Source of the DNA: an uncultured delta proteobacterium
GTDB taxonomy: Bacteria > Myxococcota > Myxococcia > Myxococcales > Anaeromyxobacteraceae
Assembly (NCBI GenBank): GCA_963766715.1
Contig: CAVYBH010000015.1
Span: 352,001-416,000, forward strand
Direction: 5' to 3'
DNA length: 64,000 nucleotides
The notes below the pieces were generated by a model, which saw only the letters and a program-made list of their open reading frames with translations, was not told the origin of the DNA and searched no databases. The position numbers were made by a program, and so were the translations under genes. Within the stretch, counting starts at the first letter, position 1, and each line of letters begins with the position of its first letter. Positions 8,959-19,291 of the stretch are shown piece after piece.

Positions 8959-11136
8959 CTACCCGTGGAACGGGCGGCCGGCGGCGCCGAGCTCGACGAG
9001 GAGGGGCGCCGGGCGGAAGCGCGCCCCGAGGCGACCCTCCAGGCGGCGCATCCGCTCGAGCACGCGGTTCGTGCCCTCGACGTCCGCCCAGCGGAAGGGG
9101 CCACCCCGGAAGGGTGGGAACCCCAGGCCGAAGACCGCGCCCACGTCTCCGTCCCGGGCGCTGCGGAGGATCCCTTCACCCAGAGTGAGGACGGACTCGT
9201 TCACCATCTGGAGCACGCATCGCTCCGCGATCTCGGCGCGGTCGAACTTCTTCCGCGGCCGCCCGCCGGGCAGCGCGTCGTAGACGGTGACGTCCACGAC
9301 CTTCTTCTTCTTCGGATCGCCGTAGGTGTAGAAGCCCTTGCCGTTCTTGCGCCCGAGCCGGCCCGACTCGAGCACCTTCCCCATCGCCTCCGGGACCGCC
9401 ATGCGATCGCCGAAGGCGTGGTGGAGGACCTTGGCCACCTTGGCCCCGACGTCGATGCCGACCTCGTCGAGCAGGGTCATGGGCCCGACCGGGAAGCCGA
9501 AGTCGGTGAGCGCGCCGTCGATGTCCTCCACCGACGCGCCCTCCAGGAGCAGCATCACCGCCTCGTTCATGTACGGCGCGAGCACGCGGCTCGTGTAGAA
9601 GCCCGGCCCGTCGCCCACCACGATGACGGTCTTCCCCTGCTTCTTCCCGAGGGCCACCGCGGTGGCGGTGACCTCGTCGGCGGTGCGCGGGGTGACGATC
9701 ACCTCGAGCAGCGGCATCTTGTTCACGGGCGAGAAGTAGTGCATCCCCAGCACGGTCTCGGGGTGGCCGGACGCGGCGGCGATCTCGCCGATGGGAATCG
9801 ACGAGGTGTTGGTGGCGAAGATGCCCTTCGGGTTCAGGGTCTCGAAGGCCCGGAGCATCTCCTGCTTCAGCTTCAGATCCTCGAAGACGGCCTCGACGAG
9901 CACGTCGACCCGCTCCATCCCCTCCCAGCCGGTGCCGGCGGTGAGCAGCCGCATCCGGGAGAGCTTCTCGAGCCGGTCCATCGAGCGCTTCTTCACGCGG
10001 CCGTCGAAGATGCCGGCCACGGATGCGAAGGCCCGCGCCACCGCGGCGTCGTCCTTCTCGCGGATTCGCACCGGGATCCCGGCGTTGACCGTGACGTAGG
10101 CGATGCCCGAGCCCATCAGGCCGCCGCCCAGCACGCCCACCGACTCGACCCGCCGCCCCTTCACCGAGGGATCGGAGGTCCCGTTGTCCTTCTTCAGCGC
10201 GGTGGTGGCGAAGAAGATGCCCATGAGCTGCCGGGCCACCGGCGAGACCGCCAGCTCGCCGAAGAGGCGGGCCTCGGTCTCGAGGCCGGTCTCGATCCCC
10301 TTCTCGACGCCGGCCTGGATGGCCTCGAGCGCCGCGACCGGGGCCGGGTAGTGCCCCTTCGTCTTCGCCAGCAGCTGCTTGCGCGCCTGGCGGAAGAGCA
10401 CCTCGCGCCCCAGGAAGTTCTCCTCGAGGGCCAGCTTCTGCAGGGCGCCCTGCGGATTCTCGCGGATCCGGTCGACGACGCCGGCCGGCTCCGGACGCAG
10501 CCGCTCGCCGTCGGCCAGCGACCGGGCCCGGGCGCGCGCCACCTCGAGGAGCAGGGGCGGCGGGACCGACTCGTCGACGAGCCCGATGGCGAGCGCCTTC
10601 TTCGGCTTCACGGTCTTGCCGGCGAGCACGAGGTCGAGCGCCGTGGCGATGCCCACCAGCCTGGGCAGCCGCTGCGTGCCGCCGGCCCCGGGGATCACGC
10701 CCAGCTGCACCTCGGGGAGGCCGAGCTGGGTCTTCTTGTCGTTGGCGGCCACGCGGTAGTGGCAGGCCATGGCCCACTCGAGCCCGCCGCCGAGGCAGGC
10801 GCCCTGGATGGCGGCCACCACCGGCTTGGGGAAGCGCTCCAGCCGGTCGAAGCCGGCCTGCGCGTCGCGGGACAGCTTGGCCGCCTGCCCGGCGGACTGC
10901 ACGTCGCGCAGCATCTCGATCTTGGCGCCGGCGACGAACCCGTCCTTCTTGCCGCTGGCGAGCACGATCCCCTTCACCGCGGGGTCCTTCTCGAGCGCGT
11001 CGAGGACCGCGCCGAACTCGGCGCCGGTCTCCTCGGAGAGGGTGTTCACCGGCTCGCCCGGGACGTCGACGAGGACCGTGGCCACGCCGTCCTGCGTCTC
11101 GATGCGGAAGTTCTTCCAGGTCGTGGGGAGGGTCAT
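8959..11136 (-). CDS. fadJ: Fatty acid oxidation complex alpha subunit (enoyl-CoA hydratase/3-hydroxyacyl-CoA dehydrogenase)
   Basis: 725 aa; GACLGGGLE, GLPEVQLGVIPGAGGTQRLPR, GGGLMGSGIA, ATNTSSIPI, GMHYFSPV. Confidence 0.9.
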   Translation of the reverse strand: MTLPTTWKNFRIETQDGVATVLVDVPGEPVNTLSEETGAEFGAVLDALEKDPAVKGIVLASGKKDGFVAGAKIEMLRDVQSAGQAAKLSRDAQAGFDRLERFPKPVVAAIQGACLGGGLEWAMACHYRVAANDKKTQLGLPEVQLGVIPGAGGTQRLPRLVGIATALDLVLAGKTVKPKKALAIGLVDESVPPPLLLEVARARARSLADGERLRPEPAGVVDRIRENPQGALQKLALEENFLGREVLFRQARKQLLAKTKGHYPAPVAALEAIQAGVEKGIETGLETEARLFGELAVSPVARQLMGIFFATTALKKDNGTSDPSVKGRRVESVGVLGGGLMGSGIAYVTVNAGIPVRIREKDDAAVARAFASVAGIFDGRVKKRSMDRLEKLSRMRLLTAGTGWEGMERVDVLVEAVFEDLKLKQEMLRAFETLNPKGIFATNTSSIPIGEIAAASGHPETVLGMHYFSPVNKMPLLEVIVTPRTADEVTATAVALGKKQGKTVIVVGDGPGFYTSRVLAPYMNEAVMLLLEGASVEDIDGALTDFGFPVGPMTLLDEVGIDVGAKVAKVLHHAFGDRMAVPEAMGKVLESGRLGRKNGKGFYTYGDPKKKKVVDVTVYDALPGGRPRKKFDRAEIAERCVLQMVNESVLTLGEGILRSARDGDVGAVFGLGFPPFRGGPFRWADVEGTNRVLERMRRLEGRLGARFRPAPLLVELGAAGRPFHG

Positions 11137-11137
11137 G

Positions 11138-12484
11138 TCAGGCCTCCGGCCCGTCGAGGACGACCGCGGCGCCCAGGCCGCCGGCCGCGCAGATGGTGAG
11201 CAGCGCGTGGCGACCCTTGCGGCGCGCGAGCTCCCGCAGCGCCTGGGTGATCATCCGGGCGCCGGTGGCGCCGAACGGGTGACCGAGGGGGATCGAGCCG
11301 CCGTTGGGGTTCAGCCGGGAGGGATCGACCTCGCCGAGCGGCTCCGTCCGCCCCAGCTTCTCCCGGGCGAAGTCGCGCGAGGCGAAGGCCTGGAGGTTCG
11401 AGAGCACCTGCGCGGCGAAGGCCTCGTGCATCTCCACGATGTCCATGTCGCCGAGGGCGAGGCCGGCGCGCTCGAGCGCGACCGGGGCCGCGTAGGCGGG
11501 CCCCTGCAGGAGCTGGTCGCCCGGGTCGGTGGCGGCGTAGGCGTAGGCGCGCAGGAACCCGAGCGGTTTCACTCCCAGTTCCTTGGCCCTCCCCTCCGAC
11601 ATGAGGATCACCGCGGCCGCGCCGTCGGTGAGCGGGGAGGAGTTGCCGGCGGTGATGGTGCCGTAGCGCCGGTCGAAGACCGGCTTCAGCACGGCCAGGC
11701 CGTCGTAGGTGGCGTCGGTGCGGACGTTGTTGTCGGCGGCCGCGACCTTCTGGAAGCGAGGCGGAACCTCGACCGCCATGACCTCCTCGCCGAACTTGCC
11801 GCTGGCCCAGGCGTCGGCGGCCTTGCGCTGGCTGTCGAGGGCGTAGCGGTCCTGGGCCTCGCGGGTGATGCCGTTCTCCCAGGCCATCTTCTGGGCGCTC
11901 TCCCCCATGGTGAGGCCGGTGGTGGGCTCCTTCAGCGCCGGGGGCACCGGGGCCACGTCCTTCAGGGAGAGGCTGGCGAAGGCCTTCAGCTTCTCGGGGA
12001 TGCTGCGGGCGCGCGACGCGGCGACGAGCGCCTGGGCGAGCTTGTGCGAGGCGAAGATGGGCGCGTCGGAGAGGGACTCGGCGCCGCCGGCGATGACGGT
12101 GTCGGCGTGGCCGAGCAGGATCTGGTCGGCGGCCTCGGTGGCGGCCTGCAGCGACGTGGCGCAGGCGCGGGAGGTGGTGTGCGCCGGAAGCGTCCGGGGC
12201 AGCTCGCTGCGCAGCACCACCTCGCGGGCGATGAGGGAGGAGAGCGGGGACGGGATCACCTGGCCGAAGATCAGGGCGTCGAACTCGGACAGGGGGAGCC
12301 CGCTGCGGGCCACCAGCTCGTTCACCAGGATGGCGCCCAGGTCGACGGCCGAGAGGTCCTTGAAGTCCCCGCCCGACTTGATGAACGGGGTGCGGAGACC
12401 GGCCACGACCGCCACGCGGGGAGGCGGAGAGCCCTCGGACGGCGTGCGGGCGTGGTGGTGCTTGTGCTTCCGGTAGTGGGACAT
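11138..12484 (-). CDS. fadI: Acetyl-CoA C-acyltransferase (thiolase)
   Basis: 448 aa; SRACATS, MHEAFAAQ, GGSIPLGHPFGATG, CAAGGLG; coupled to fadJ. Confidence 0.9.
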   Translation of the reverse strand: MSHYRKHKHHHARTPSEGSPPPRVAVVAGLRTPFIKSGGDFKDLSAVDLGAILVNELVARSGLPLSEFDALIFGQVIPSPLSSLIAREVVLRSELPRTLPAHTTSRACATSLQAATEAADQILLGHADTVIAGGAESLSDAPIFASHKLAQALVAASRARSIPEKLKAFASLSLKDVAPVPPALKEPTTGLTMGESAQKMAWENGITREAQDRYALDSQRKAADAWASGKFGEEVMAVEVPPRFQKVAAADNNVRTDATYDGLAVLKPVFDRRYGTITAGNSSPLTDGAAAVILMSEGRAKELGVKPLGFLRAYAYAATDPGDQLLQGPAYAAPVALERAGLALGDMDIVEMHEAFAAQVLSNLQAFASRDFAREKLGRTEPLGEVDPSRLNPNGGSIPLGHPFGATGARMITQALRELARRKGRHALLTICAAGGLGAAVVLDGPEA

Positions 12485-12594
12485 GCGTACCCCCGGGTTG
12501 ATTCTCGAATCAGCGGCGCAGACGAATGATTAGCCGCCTCGACGCGCAGCGTCAAGTCGGGCCCGGTCCCCCTTCCCGCGCTAGGATCCGGGGC

Positions 12595-13080
12595 ATGGCG
12601 TCCAAGCGAAGCCGGGAGCTGCGCCCCCTCTCGAGCGAGCACCACCAGGCCCTGCTCGTCGCCTTCCAGCTGAAGAAGGCGATCGCCGGACACGCCGAGA
12701 GCGCGGGGGCGCCCCGGGACCTGGACGGCCTCTCTGCGCTCGCGCGGCGGTTCGAGGAGTCGGTCTTCCTCGCGCACATCACGGCCGAGGAGGAGGTGCT
12801 CGCCCCTCACCTCTCGCCGGAGGACCAGGGCAGGCTCCGGGAGGAGCACCGCCAGCTCCAATCGCTCCTCCAGGACGCGCGGGTCGCGAGCCGGGACGGG
12901 CGGCGCGCGCCGCTCCTCGCCTTCGCGGACCTCCTGGAGCGGCACGTCCGCTGGGAGGAGCGGGAGCTCTTCGAGCGTTGCGAGGCGAGCATCGGGCCGG
13001 AGCAGCTGGCCGTGCTGGGGCACGAGATCGAGGTGCGGCTGGCGGTGTCCGGAAGGGGAGCGAAGCGTCCCTCGTCGTAG
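12595..13080 (+). CDS. Hemerythrin-domain protein
   Basis: LRPLSSEHHQAL, HITAEEEVL, EEHRQL, HVRWEERELF (HxxxE pattern). Confidence 0.75.
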   Translation: MASKRSRELRPLSSEHHQALLVAFQLKKAIAGHAESAGAPRDLDGLSALARRFEESVFLAHITAEEEVLAPHLSPEDQGRLREEHRQLQSLLQDARVASRDGRRAPLLAFADLLERHVRWEERELFERCEASIGPEQLAVLGHEIEVRLAVSGRGAKRPSS

Positions 13081-13159
13081 CGCTCACGCCGCCTCACGAC
13101 TCTGCTTGGAGTTGGTTCCGGCCATGGTAGTTTCCGGGAATCTCCGATCCGGGGGCACC

Positions 13160-14382
13160 ATGCGTTCCAGCGCCATCTTCTTCCTCTCCGTGTTCCTCCT
13201 CCTGGGCCTCGACGCCTGCGACGCGCGGCCGGCCGCGCCCGGCGGCGACCCCAACCCGGAGACCGGCGCCCACACCATCCACCTCACCGGGACCTTCGCC
13301 AAGCCCGTGACCTGCAACGAGTGCCACAACGCGCAGTTCCAGGTGACGCTCGCCGGGCCCCTCGCGGCGGCCAACGGCGCCCAGGGCACGTTCAACGTGA
13401 CGACCAAGACCTGCTCCAACGTCTATTGCCACGACGGCGGGCCGCAGCTCGAGCTCGGCGGAGGAACGGTCCCCGCTCCGGTCTGGAATCCCCCGTCGAC
13501 CATCGTCTGCGGCGGCTGTCACGCCCTGCCGGGCGGCGCCATCGACACGAGCGAGTGGCACCCTGCGGTGGCGGACGAACGTCGAGTGCGGCCTCTGCCA
13601 CACGGGCTACACCCGGACCTCCGTGGTCGTCGAGACCCACGTGAACGGCGTCGTGAACGTCAAGTTCGACATCGACACCGACTACTGCGCTGCCTGTCAC
13701 GGCGACGCGACCCGCACCCTGCCGCCCGGAACGCCCAGCGTGGTGAAGGCGGCTCCTCCCGTCGACCGCACCGGCTCCTCCGACACGACCCGGATCGGCG
13801 TGGGCGCCCACCAGGCGCACCTGCTGCCCGGCGCGGGCGCCATCTCCAGGCCCATCGCCTGCCAGGAGTGCCACGTCGTCCCCGCCGACGTCGCGCACGT
13901 CGGGCCCACCTCGATCGACGCCGGCGTCTCTCGCCTGGGGTCCGCTGGCCTCTTCCGGATCGGCCACGCCCGGCTACGATCAGGTCTCGGCCACCTGCAC
14001 CAATTACTGCCACGGGCAGACGCTCAACGGCGGAGGCGCCCTCACCCAGCCCGTGTGGACGAAGGTGGATGGCACCCAGGCGGCCTGCGGGACGTGCCAC
14101 GCGTCCCCGCCCTCGGACACGTCGCACTACCTCCATGCGTCGGGGAAGGTCCTCCTCATCGCCTGCGCCTTCTGCCACCCGCCGGGCTACACCGCCGACG
14201 GGGTCAACCGCGAGGCCGCGCCGCTCCACGTGAACGGCGTGAAGAACATGAATCCCGGAAACTTCGGCAACTGGAATCCGGCGGCCACGAACCCGAACGG
14301 ATGGACGGGAACGGCGACGGGCTGCCACGGTGGGACCCGGTACTGGACGGAGAGCATCCCCAGCGCGGGTGGCTGCTACTAG
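13160..14382 (+). CDS. CxxxxCH/CxxCH-domain multiheme cytochrome c, probable lipoprotein (frameshifted)
   Basis: Signal ending LDAC; CNECH, CSNVYCH, CGGCH, CGLCH, CAACH, CQECH, CTNYCH, CGTCH, CAFCH; repeated HVNG. Confidence 0.8.
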
Positions 14383-14407
14383 CCGCCGCTCCCCGCCGGC
14401 GGCTGCG

Positions 14408-15379
14408 CTAGTCGGAGTCGGCGGCCCCGCCGCTGCGGGCGACGTCCTCGCCCTTGATCCGGGCGGGGTCGAGCCCGGCGGCCCGCTTCGTCATCTGGGC
14501 GAAGAGCTCGTCGAAGCCGGGGAGGTCGCCCTTCACGAAGCGGAGCGGGTTCACCCGGCCCACCACGAAGTTGCGCAGGTAGGGGGAGTCGAAGCCGCGC
14601 TCCTTGAGCCGGGCCACGGCGCCGGTGACCGCGTCGTCGAAGGCGAGGAGCACGTCGGCGCGCCGCTCCCGCTCCTCGGCCGTGGCGGAGAGCTTGCCGG
14701 GGACGAAGGCGTCCACCTTGCGGAGGATGGGGTGGTAGGCGCCGCCGGAGAGGCGCGGCCGCTTCTCGTAGGCGAAGCCCAGCGTGGCGAGCGCCGGCTC
14801 CTCGAACTCGAGCGCCATGTCGGTCTCGCGCGCGTCGCCGCCGGCCGCCAGGTCGCGGTACATCCGCACCACCTCGAGGGCCCGCTCTCGCAGGTTGTGG
14901 GCCTTCTCGATGTTGAGGGCGAGGATCTGGTAGGCCACCGCCTTCTCCGGCACGACGAGCGCCAGCACCGCCTTCGCTCCGAGCTCCTGGAGCGCGGTGA
15001 GCCGGTGGCCGCCGTTCGGGGTGAGGTACCGGCCGCCGTCGCGCACCGCGATGATGGGGTCGAGGTACCGGCGGGTCTTGTCCATGGCCACGGTGAGCTT
15101 GCGCACGTGGCCGTCGGACACGTCCCGCTGGAAGGAGGTCCGCTCGACCTTGTCGAGCGGGAGCGCGGCGAAGAGCAGCGCGTGCCCGCCCAGCGGCTCC
15201 CGGTAGGCCGCCAGCACCGCGCCCCCGTCGGCCTCGATGGCGCGCGACAGCTCGGCGACCTCGGGCGGGAGCTCGACGAGACGCAGGTCGGTCGCCCCGA
15301 GCGAGGTCGGCTGCAGCTTCACGCCGCGGCGCTTTCGCGGGCGGCCGGACTTGGTGGCGGGTCGCTTCTTCGCGGCCAT
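14408..15379 (-). CDS. ParB/Srx N-terminal-domain protein
   Basis: 323 aa; FQRDVS...LDPIIAVRDGGRYLTPNGGHRLTAL. Confidence 0.65.
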   Translation of the reverse strand: MAAKKRPATKSGRPRKRRGVKLQPTSLGATDLRLVELPPEVAELSRAIEADGGAVLAAYREPLGGHALLFAALPLDKVERTSFQRDVSDGHVRKLTVAMDKTRRYLDPIIAVRDGGRYLTPNGGHRLTALQELGAKAVLALVVPEKAVAYQILALNIEKAHNLRERALEVVRMYRDLAAGGDARETDMALEFEEPALATLGFAYEKRPRLSGGAYHPILRKVDAFVPGKLSATAEERERRADVLLAFDDAVTGAVARLKERGFDSPYLRNFVVGRVNPLRFVKGDLPGFDELFAQMTKRAAGLDPARIKGEDVARSGGAADSD

Positions 15380-15388
15380 CGGGTCTCC

Positions 15389-15904
15389 TCAGGTCGCCTG
15401 CGGGGTCTTCAGCAGGAGCGACAGGTCGTATCCCTGGGCGCGCAGCCGCTCGAGGATGCCGTCGTAGGTCGCCGCGTCCATCTGGGGCGTGCGGGAGAGG
15501 ATCCAGAGGTACTCGCGGCTGGGGTGCCCCACCACCGCCCACCGGTACTCGGGGTCGAGGTCGATGATCCAGTAGGACCCGTGGAACGGCCAGAAGAACC
15601 GGACCTCGAGCCTGGCGCCGGAGGGATCCACCGACCAGGCCTTCCCCTTGGCCGTGCGGGCCGGGGCGTCGAGCCGCTCCGGGTGGCAGGTGTTGACCAC
15701 GTCGACGTCGCCGTCCGGGCGCAGCGTGTAGTCTGCGCTGACGCCGACGCATCCCTTCTGGAACGACATGGGGATGGTGGCGATCTCGTACCACTTGCCC
15801 ATGTAGCGCTGGAGGTCGACGTGCTCGACCGTGCGGAGCGGGGGACCGGCCGGGGCGTGGGCGCACCCGGCGAGGAGGAGGGCGAGGACGGCCAGGGATC
15901 TCAT
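15389..15904 (-). CDS. blc: Outer-membrane lipocalin lipoprotein
   Basis: Lipobox LAGC; VDLQRYMGKWYEIA; YLWILSRTP. Confidence 0.9.
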   Translation of the reverse strand: MRSLAVLALLLAGCAHAPAGPPLRTVEHVDLQRYMGKWYEIATIPMSFQKGCVGVSADYTLRPDGDVDVVNTCHPERLDAPARTAKGKAWSVDPSGARLEVRFFWPFHGSYWIIDLDPEYRWAVVGHPSREYLWILSRTPQMDAATYDGILERLRAQGYDLSLLLKTPQAT

Positions 15905-15920
15905 CCGGATCCCCTAACCG

Positions 15921-15949
15921 TTGCCGCCCATGCCGCACGGCCTTATCGT
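15921..15949 (+). promoter_or_regulatory. Putative sigma70 promoter, leaderless-type
   Basis: TTGCCG-N17-TATCGT, 8 nt before GTG 15958, no SD. Confidence 0.55.
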
Positions 15950-15957
15950 GGCCTGCC

Positions 15958-16941
15958 GTGATCGACGTCCGCGACCTGCGCAAGGAGTACCGCGTCCACC
16001 GGCGCGAGGCCGGCCTCGGCGCGTCGGTCCGATCGCTCTTCCGGCGCCGCTACGAGCCGGTGAAGGCGGTCGACGGCATCTCCTTCTCGGTCGGCGCGGG
16101 CGAGCGCGTCGGGTTCCTCGGCCCGAACGGGGCGGGCAAGACCACCACGCTCAAGGTGCTCTCGGGGCTGCTCCACCCCAGCGGCGGCGAGGTGCGGGTG
16201 GCCGGCTTCGTGCCGGCGCGCCGCGAGCGGCCGTTCCTCCAGTCGATCACCCTCGTGATGGGGCAGAAGCAGCAGCTCCTCTGGGACCTGCCCCCGTCGG
16301 AGACCTTCGCGCTCAACCGGGCCATCTACGAGATCCCCCGGCCCGAGTTCGAGTCGCGGGTGCGCGAGCTCACCGAGCTGCTCGACCTCGGCGGCGTGGT
16401 CGACAAGCCCACGCGCCAGCTCTCGCTCGGGGAGCGGATGAAGTGCGAGCTGGCCGCCTCGCTCCTCCACCGGCCGCGGGTCCTCTTCCTCGACGAGCCG
16501 ACCATCGGGCTCGACGTGACCATGCAGGCCACGGTGCGCGAGTTCGTCCGGGCCTACAACGAGCGGACGGGCGCCACGGTGGTCCTCACCAGCCACTACA
16601 TGGACGACGTGCTCGCGCTCTGCCCCCGGGTGGTCGTCATCGATCGGGGCCGGCTCATCTACGACGGCGACCTGAAGCAGCTGGCCCGCGAGGTCCGGCC
16701 CGACAAGCGCGTGGTGGTGCGGCTCGGCCAGCCCGTGCCGGAGCTGGAGCTCGCCCGCTTCGGGCAGGTCGTCTCGCACGCCGACGCCCAGGCGGTCCTC
16801 CGCGTCCCGGGCGACCAGGTCGCGAGCGTCGTCGGGCGGCTCCTGTCGTCCCTGCCGGTGACCGACCTGACCGTGGAGGAGCCGCCGCTGGAGGAGGTCA
16901 TGAGCGAGCTCTTCCAGGGCCGGCGGGCCACCGCAACGTAG
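15958..16941 (+). CDS. ABC-2 type transporter ATP-binding protein
   Basis: GPNGAGKTT, LSLGERMK, LFLDEPTIGLD, TSHYMDD. Confidence 0.9.
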   Translation: MIDVRDLRKEYRVHRREAGLGASVRSLFRRRYEPVKAVDGISFSVGAGERVGFLGPNGAGKTTTLKVLSGLLHPSGGEVRVAGFVPARRERPFLQSITLVMGQKQQLLWDLPPSETFALNRAIYEIPRPEFESRVRELTELLDLGGVVDKPTRQLSLGERMKCELAASLLHRPRVLFLDEPTIGLDVTMQATVREFVRAYNERTGATVVLTSHYMDDVLALCPRVVVIDRGRLIYDGDLKQLAREVRPDKRVVVRLGQPVPELELARFGQVVSHADAQAVLRVPGDQVASVVGRLLSSLPVTDLTVEEPPLEEVMSELFQGRRATAT

Positions 16942-17198
16942 TCCGGTCGATGGATCAGGCCGTCCGCGCCGCGCAGCCGCGCTGCGCCCTCTCGTCGGCG
17001 GAGCTGGCAGAAGGCGCGGGTGGGCGAGGCTGGATGCCGCCGGCGACGGGCGCGTCCGGGGAAGGAGGGCTACGGCGGCCTACTGATGCTCCGCCTCCGG
17101 CGAGGGCGGCGCGGGCGCGGCGAGGAGGGGCCGATCGCGGGGCGGAGCCTGGTGCGGTGGGGCGCCGTCGCTGGACTCGGGTTGGGTCGGCGGGGGTC

Positions 17199-18369
17199 TC
17201 AGGGAACGGGCCGGCCGGCCGCGGCGACCATCCGCACGTCCGACTCCGCCGACAGCCGCAGCCCGTCGCCGCGCGGCTCCACCCCGGTGATCTCCACCAC
17301 GTCCCCGCGGAGCAGCTTCTCGAAGGCGCGGTTCCGCGGGGTCACGTCCTTCTCCTGCAGCGCGAGCCCCATGCGCCCCTCGGGGCCGCAACCCATGTAG
17401 CGGAGCCGTCCCTTCGACGGCAGCGGCTCGGAGACGATGCGGAAGACGCGCCCGGCGGGCGGCTCGCGCCAGGTCTCGCCCTTCGGCGCGAGCACGAGGT
17501 AGCTCATCTTCACCGACTCCTTGCGCAGGCCGGCGCGCCGCCCGATCTCCTCCACCAGCGGGGGAAGGTCGACGGGGCGCTCCGCGTGGCACCAGTCGGT
17601 GGGGCGGACGAGCGCCGGGCAGGCGCCGCGGAAGAGGCAGGGCGCCCGCACCGCCACGCCGCGCGCGACGAGCAGGTCGCGGACCTCGAGCAGCGCCCGC
17701 GAGGTGTCGCGCAGCGCCGGCTCGACGATGACGAGCGAGCCCCCGGGCGCGACCAGCCCGAGCGCCTCCACCACGAGCGCGGTCCGCCGGGTCGCGGCCT
17801 GCTCCCCCTGGAAGAGCTCGTTCAGCACGTGACCCATGGTCACGAGGTCGAAGGAGCGACCGCGCGAGAGGTCGGAGAGCTCGCCGCGCCGATCCGGGTC
17901 CCACTCGCGGGTGGCGATGGGCTCGCCGGCCACGGCCGCCAGCTTCCCGGCCACGGCCAGGGCCCGCTTGGAGCGATCGGCGGCCAGGACCTCGGCGGCG
18001 CCGGCGTCGAGGGCCGCGAAGGCCACCGGAGCCGGGCCGCTCCCCAGGTCGAGGACGGAGCGGGAACGGCGCGGGAGCTCGGAGAGCACCCCGCGGGCCT
18101 GGAGGTAGGAGACCGGCCAGTAGAAGAGCAGGTAGGCGCCCAGCAGGCGGTCGTCGTCGAGGTAGGGCGCGCCCGCCAGCTTGCGGTCGCGGGTGAGCCC
18201 CTGGGAGAGCCGCTGCACCGCCGCCGGCCACCTCCCGCAGCTCCTCGGGGAGGAGCCGGTCGGGGGGCGGGCGCGGGCCCCGCTGCGCGTCGCGCCGCAG
18301 CCCGCGCCAGGCGGCCAGCAGCCTCGGGATCCAGCGCTCCAGGTCGGACTCGGCGGTGCCCACGTTCAC
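17199..18369 (-). CDS. Rsm22/METTL17-like SAM methyltransferase (frameshift near 18225)
   Basis: AYLLFYWP, VLDLGSGP, IVEPALR, APCLFRGACP...WCH, KMSYLVL; GTG overlaps the rnz stop. Confidence 0.7.
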
Positions 18370-19283
18370 TCCGGGAAGGGAAGCTCGAGGACGAGCCCGT
18401 CCCGGGCCACCTCGATGGCGCCGTGGAACTCCTCGGCGGCCTGGGAGAGCAACGGCGACGGGTCGGCGTCGTAGCGGGTGGAGAGGTGCGTGAGGACGAG
18501 CCGCTCCACGCCGGCGTCGCGGGCCACCCGGGCCGCCTCGCGTGCGGTGGAGTGGGTGGTCTCCACGGCGCGGGCCGCCTCGCCGTCGCCGAACGTGCAC
18601 TCGTGCACGAGGAGATCGGCGCCCCGGGCCGCCTCCACGGTGGCCGCGCAGGGACGGGTGTCCCCGGTCACGGCCACGCGCCGGCCCCGCCGGCGGGCCT
18701 CGACGATGCCCTCGGCCGAGACCACGCGGCCGCCGGGGAGCGTCACCGGGCGCCCGCGCTGGAGCTCTCCCCACAGCTCGCCCTCCGGCACCCCCGCCTC
18801 GCGGGCCCGCTCCGGGTGGAAGCGGCCGGGGCGTGCGTCCTCCTCGAGGAGCCAGCCGACCGAGGCGATGCGGTGCTCGGTGGCCCAGGGCACGAGCGTG
18901 GAGCCGTCCCGCTGGATTCGCTGGCCCGGAGCGACCTCGTGGATGCGGACCTCGAAGGCCAGCGGGTCGGTGGCCCCGATGAGGAGATCGCGCATCAGCC
19001 GCTGCGCCGGAGGCGGGCCGTAGACGTCGAGCGCCCGGCCCCGCCCGAGCATGGAGAGGGTCCGGACGAAGCCGATGGCCCCGACGTAGTGGTCGGCGTG
19101 GAAGTGGGTGAAGCAGATGGCCGTGACGTCGAACCCGGTCCCGTAGCGGATCATCTGCCGCTGCGTCCCCTCCCCGCAGTCGACGAGGTAGTGCTCCCGG
19201 CCGTGGCGCACCGACAGCCCCGACAGGTTGCGGGCGGCGGTGGGCATGGCACCCGAGGTGCCGAGGAAGGTGAGCCGGAGCAT
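18366..19283 (-). CDS. rnz: Ribonuclease Z
   Basis: LTFLGTSGAMPT, DCGEGTQRQ, THFHADH, GDTRP, HECTF, LTHLSTRY. Confidence 0.9.
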   Translation of the reverse strand: MLRLTFLGTSGAMPTAARNLSGLSVRHGREHYLVDCGEGTQRQMIRYGTGFDVTAICFTHFHADHYVGAIGFVRTLSMLGRGRALDVYGPPPAQRLMRDLLIGATDPLAFEVRIHEVAPGQRIQRDGSTLVPWATEHRIASVGWLLEEDARPGRFHPERAREAGVPEGELWGELQRGRPVTLPGGRVVSAEGIVEARRRGRRVAVTGDTRPCAATVEAARGADLLVHECTFGDGEAARAVETTHSTAREAARVARDAGVERLVLTHLSTRYDADPSPLLSQAAEEFHGAIEVARDGLVLELPFPE

Positions 19284-19291
19284 GGCAGGGC

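Noticed and set aside
14408..15379. Chromosome partition locus or mobile element
   Set aside because: No parA, recognisable parS, integrase or transposase nearby; only a stand-alone ParB-like domain.
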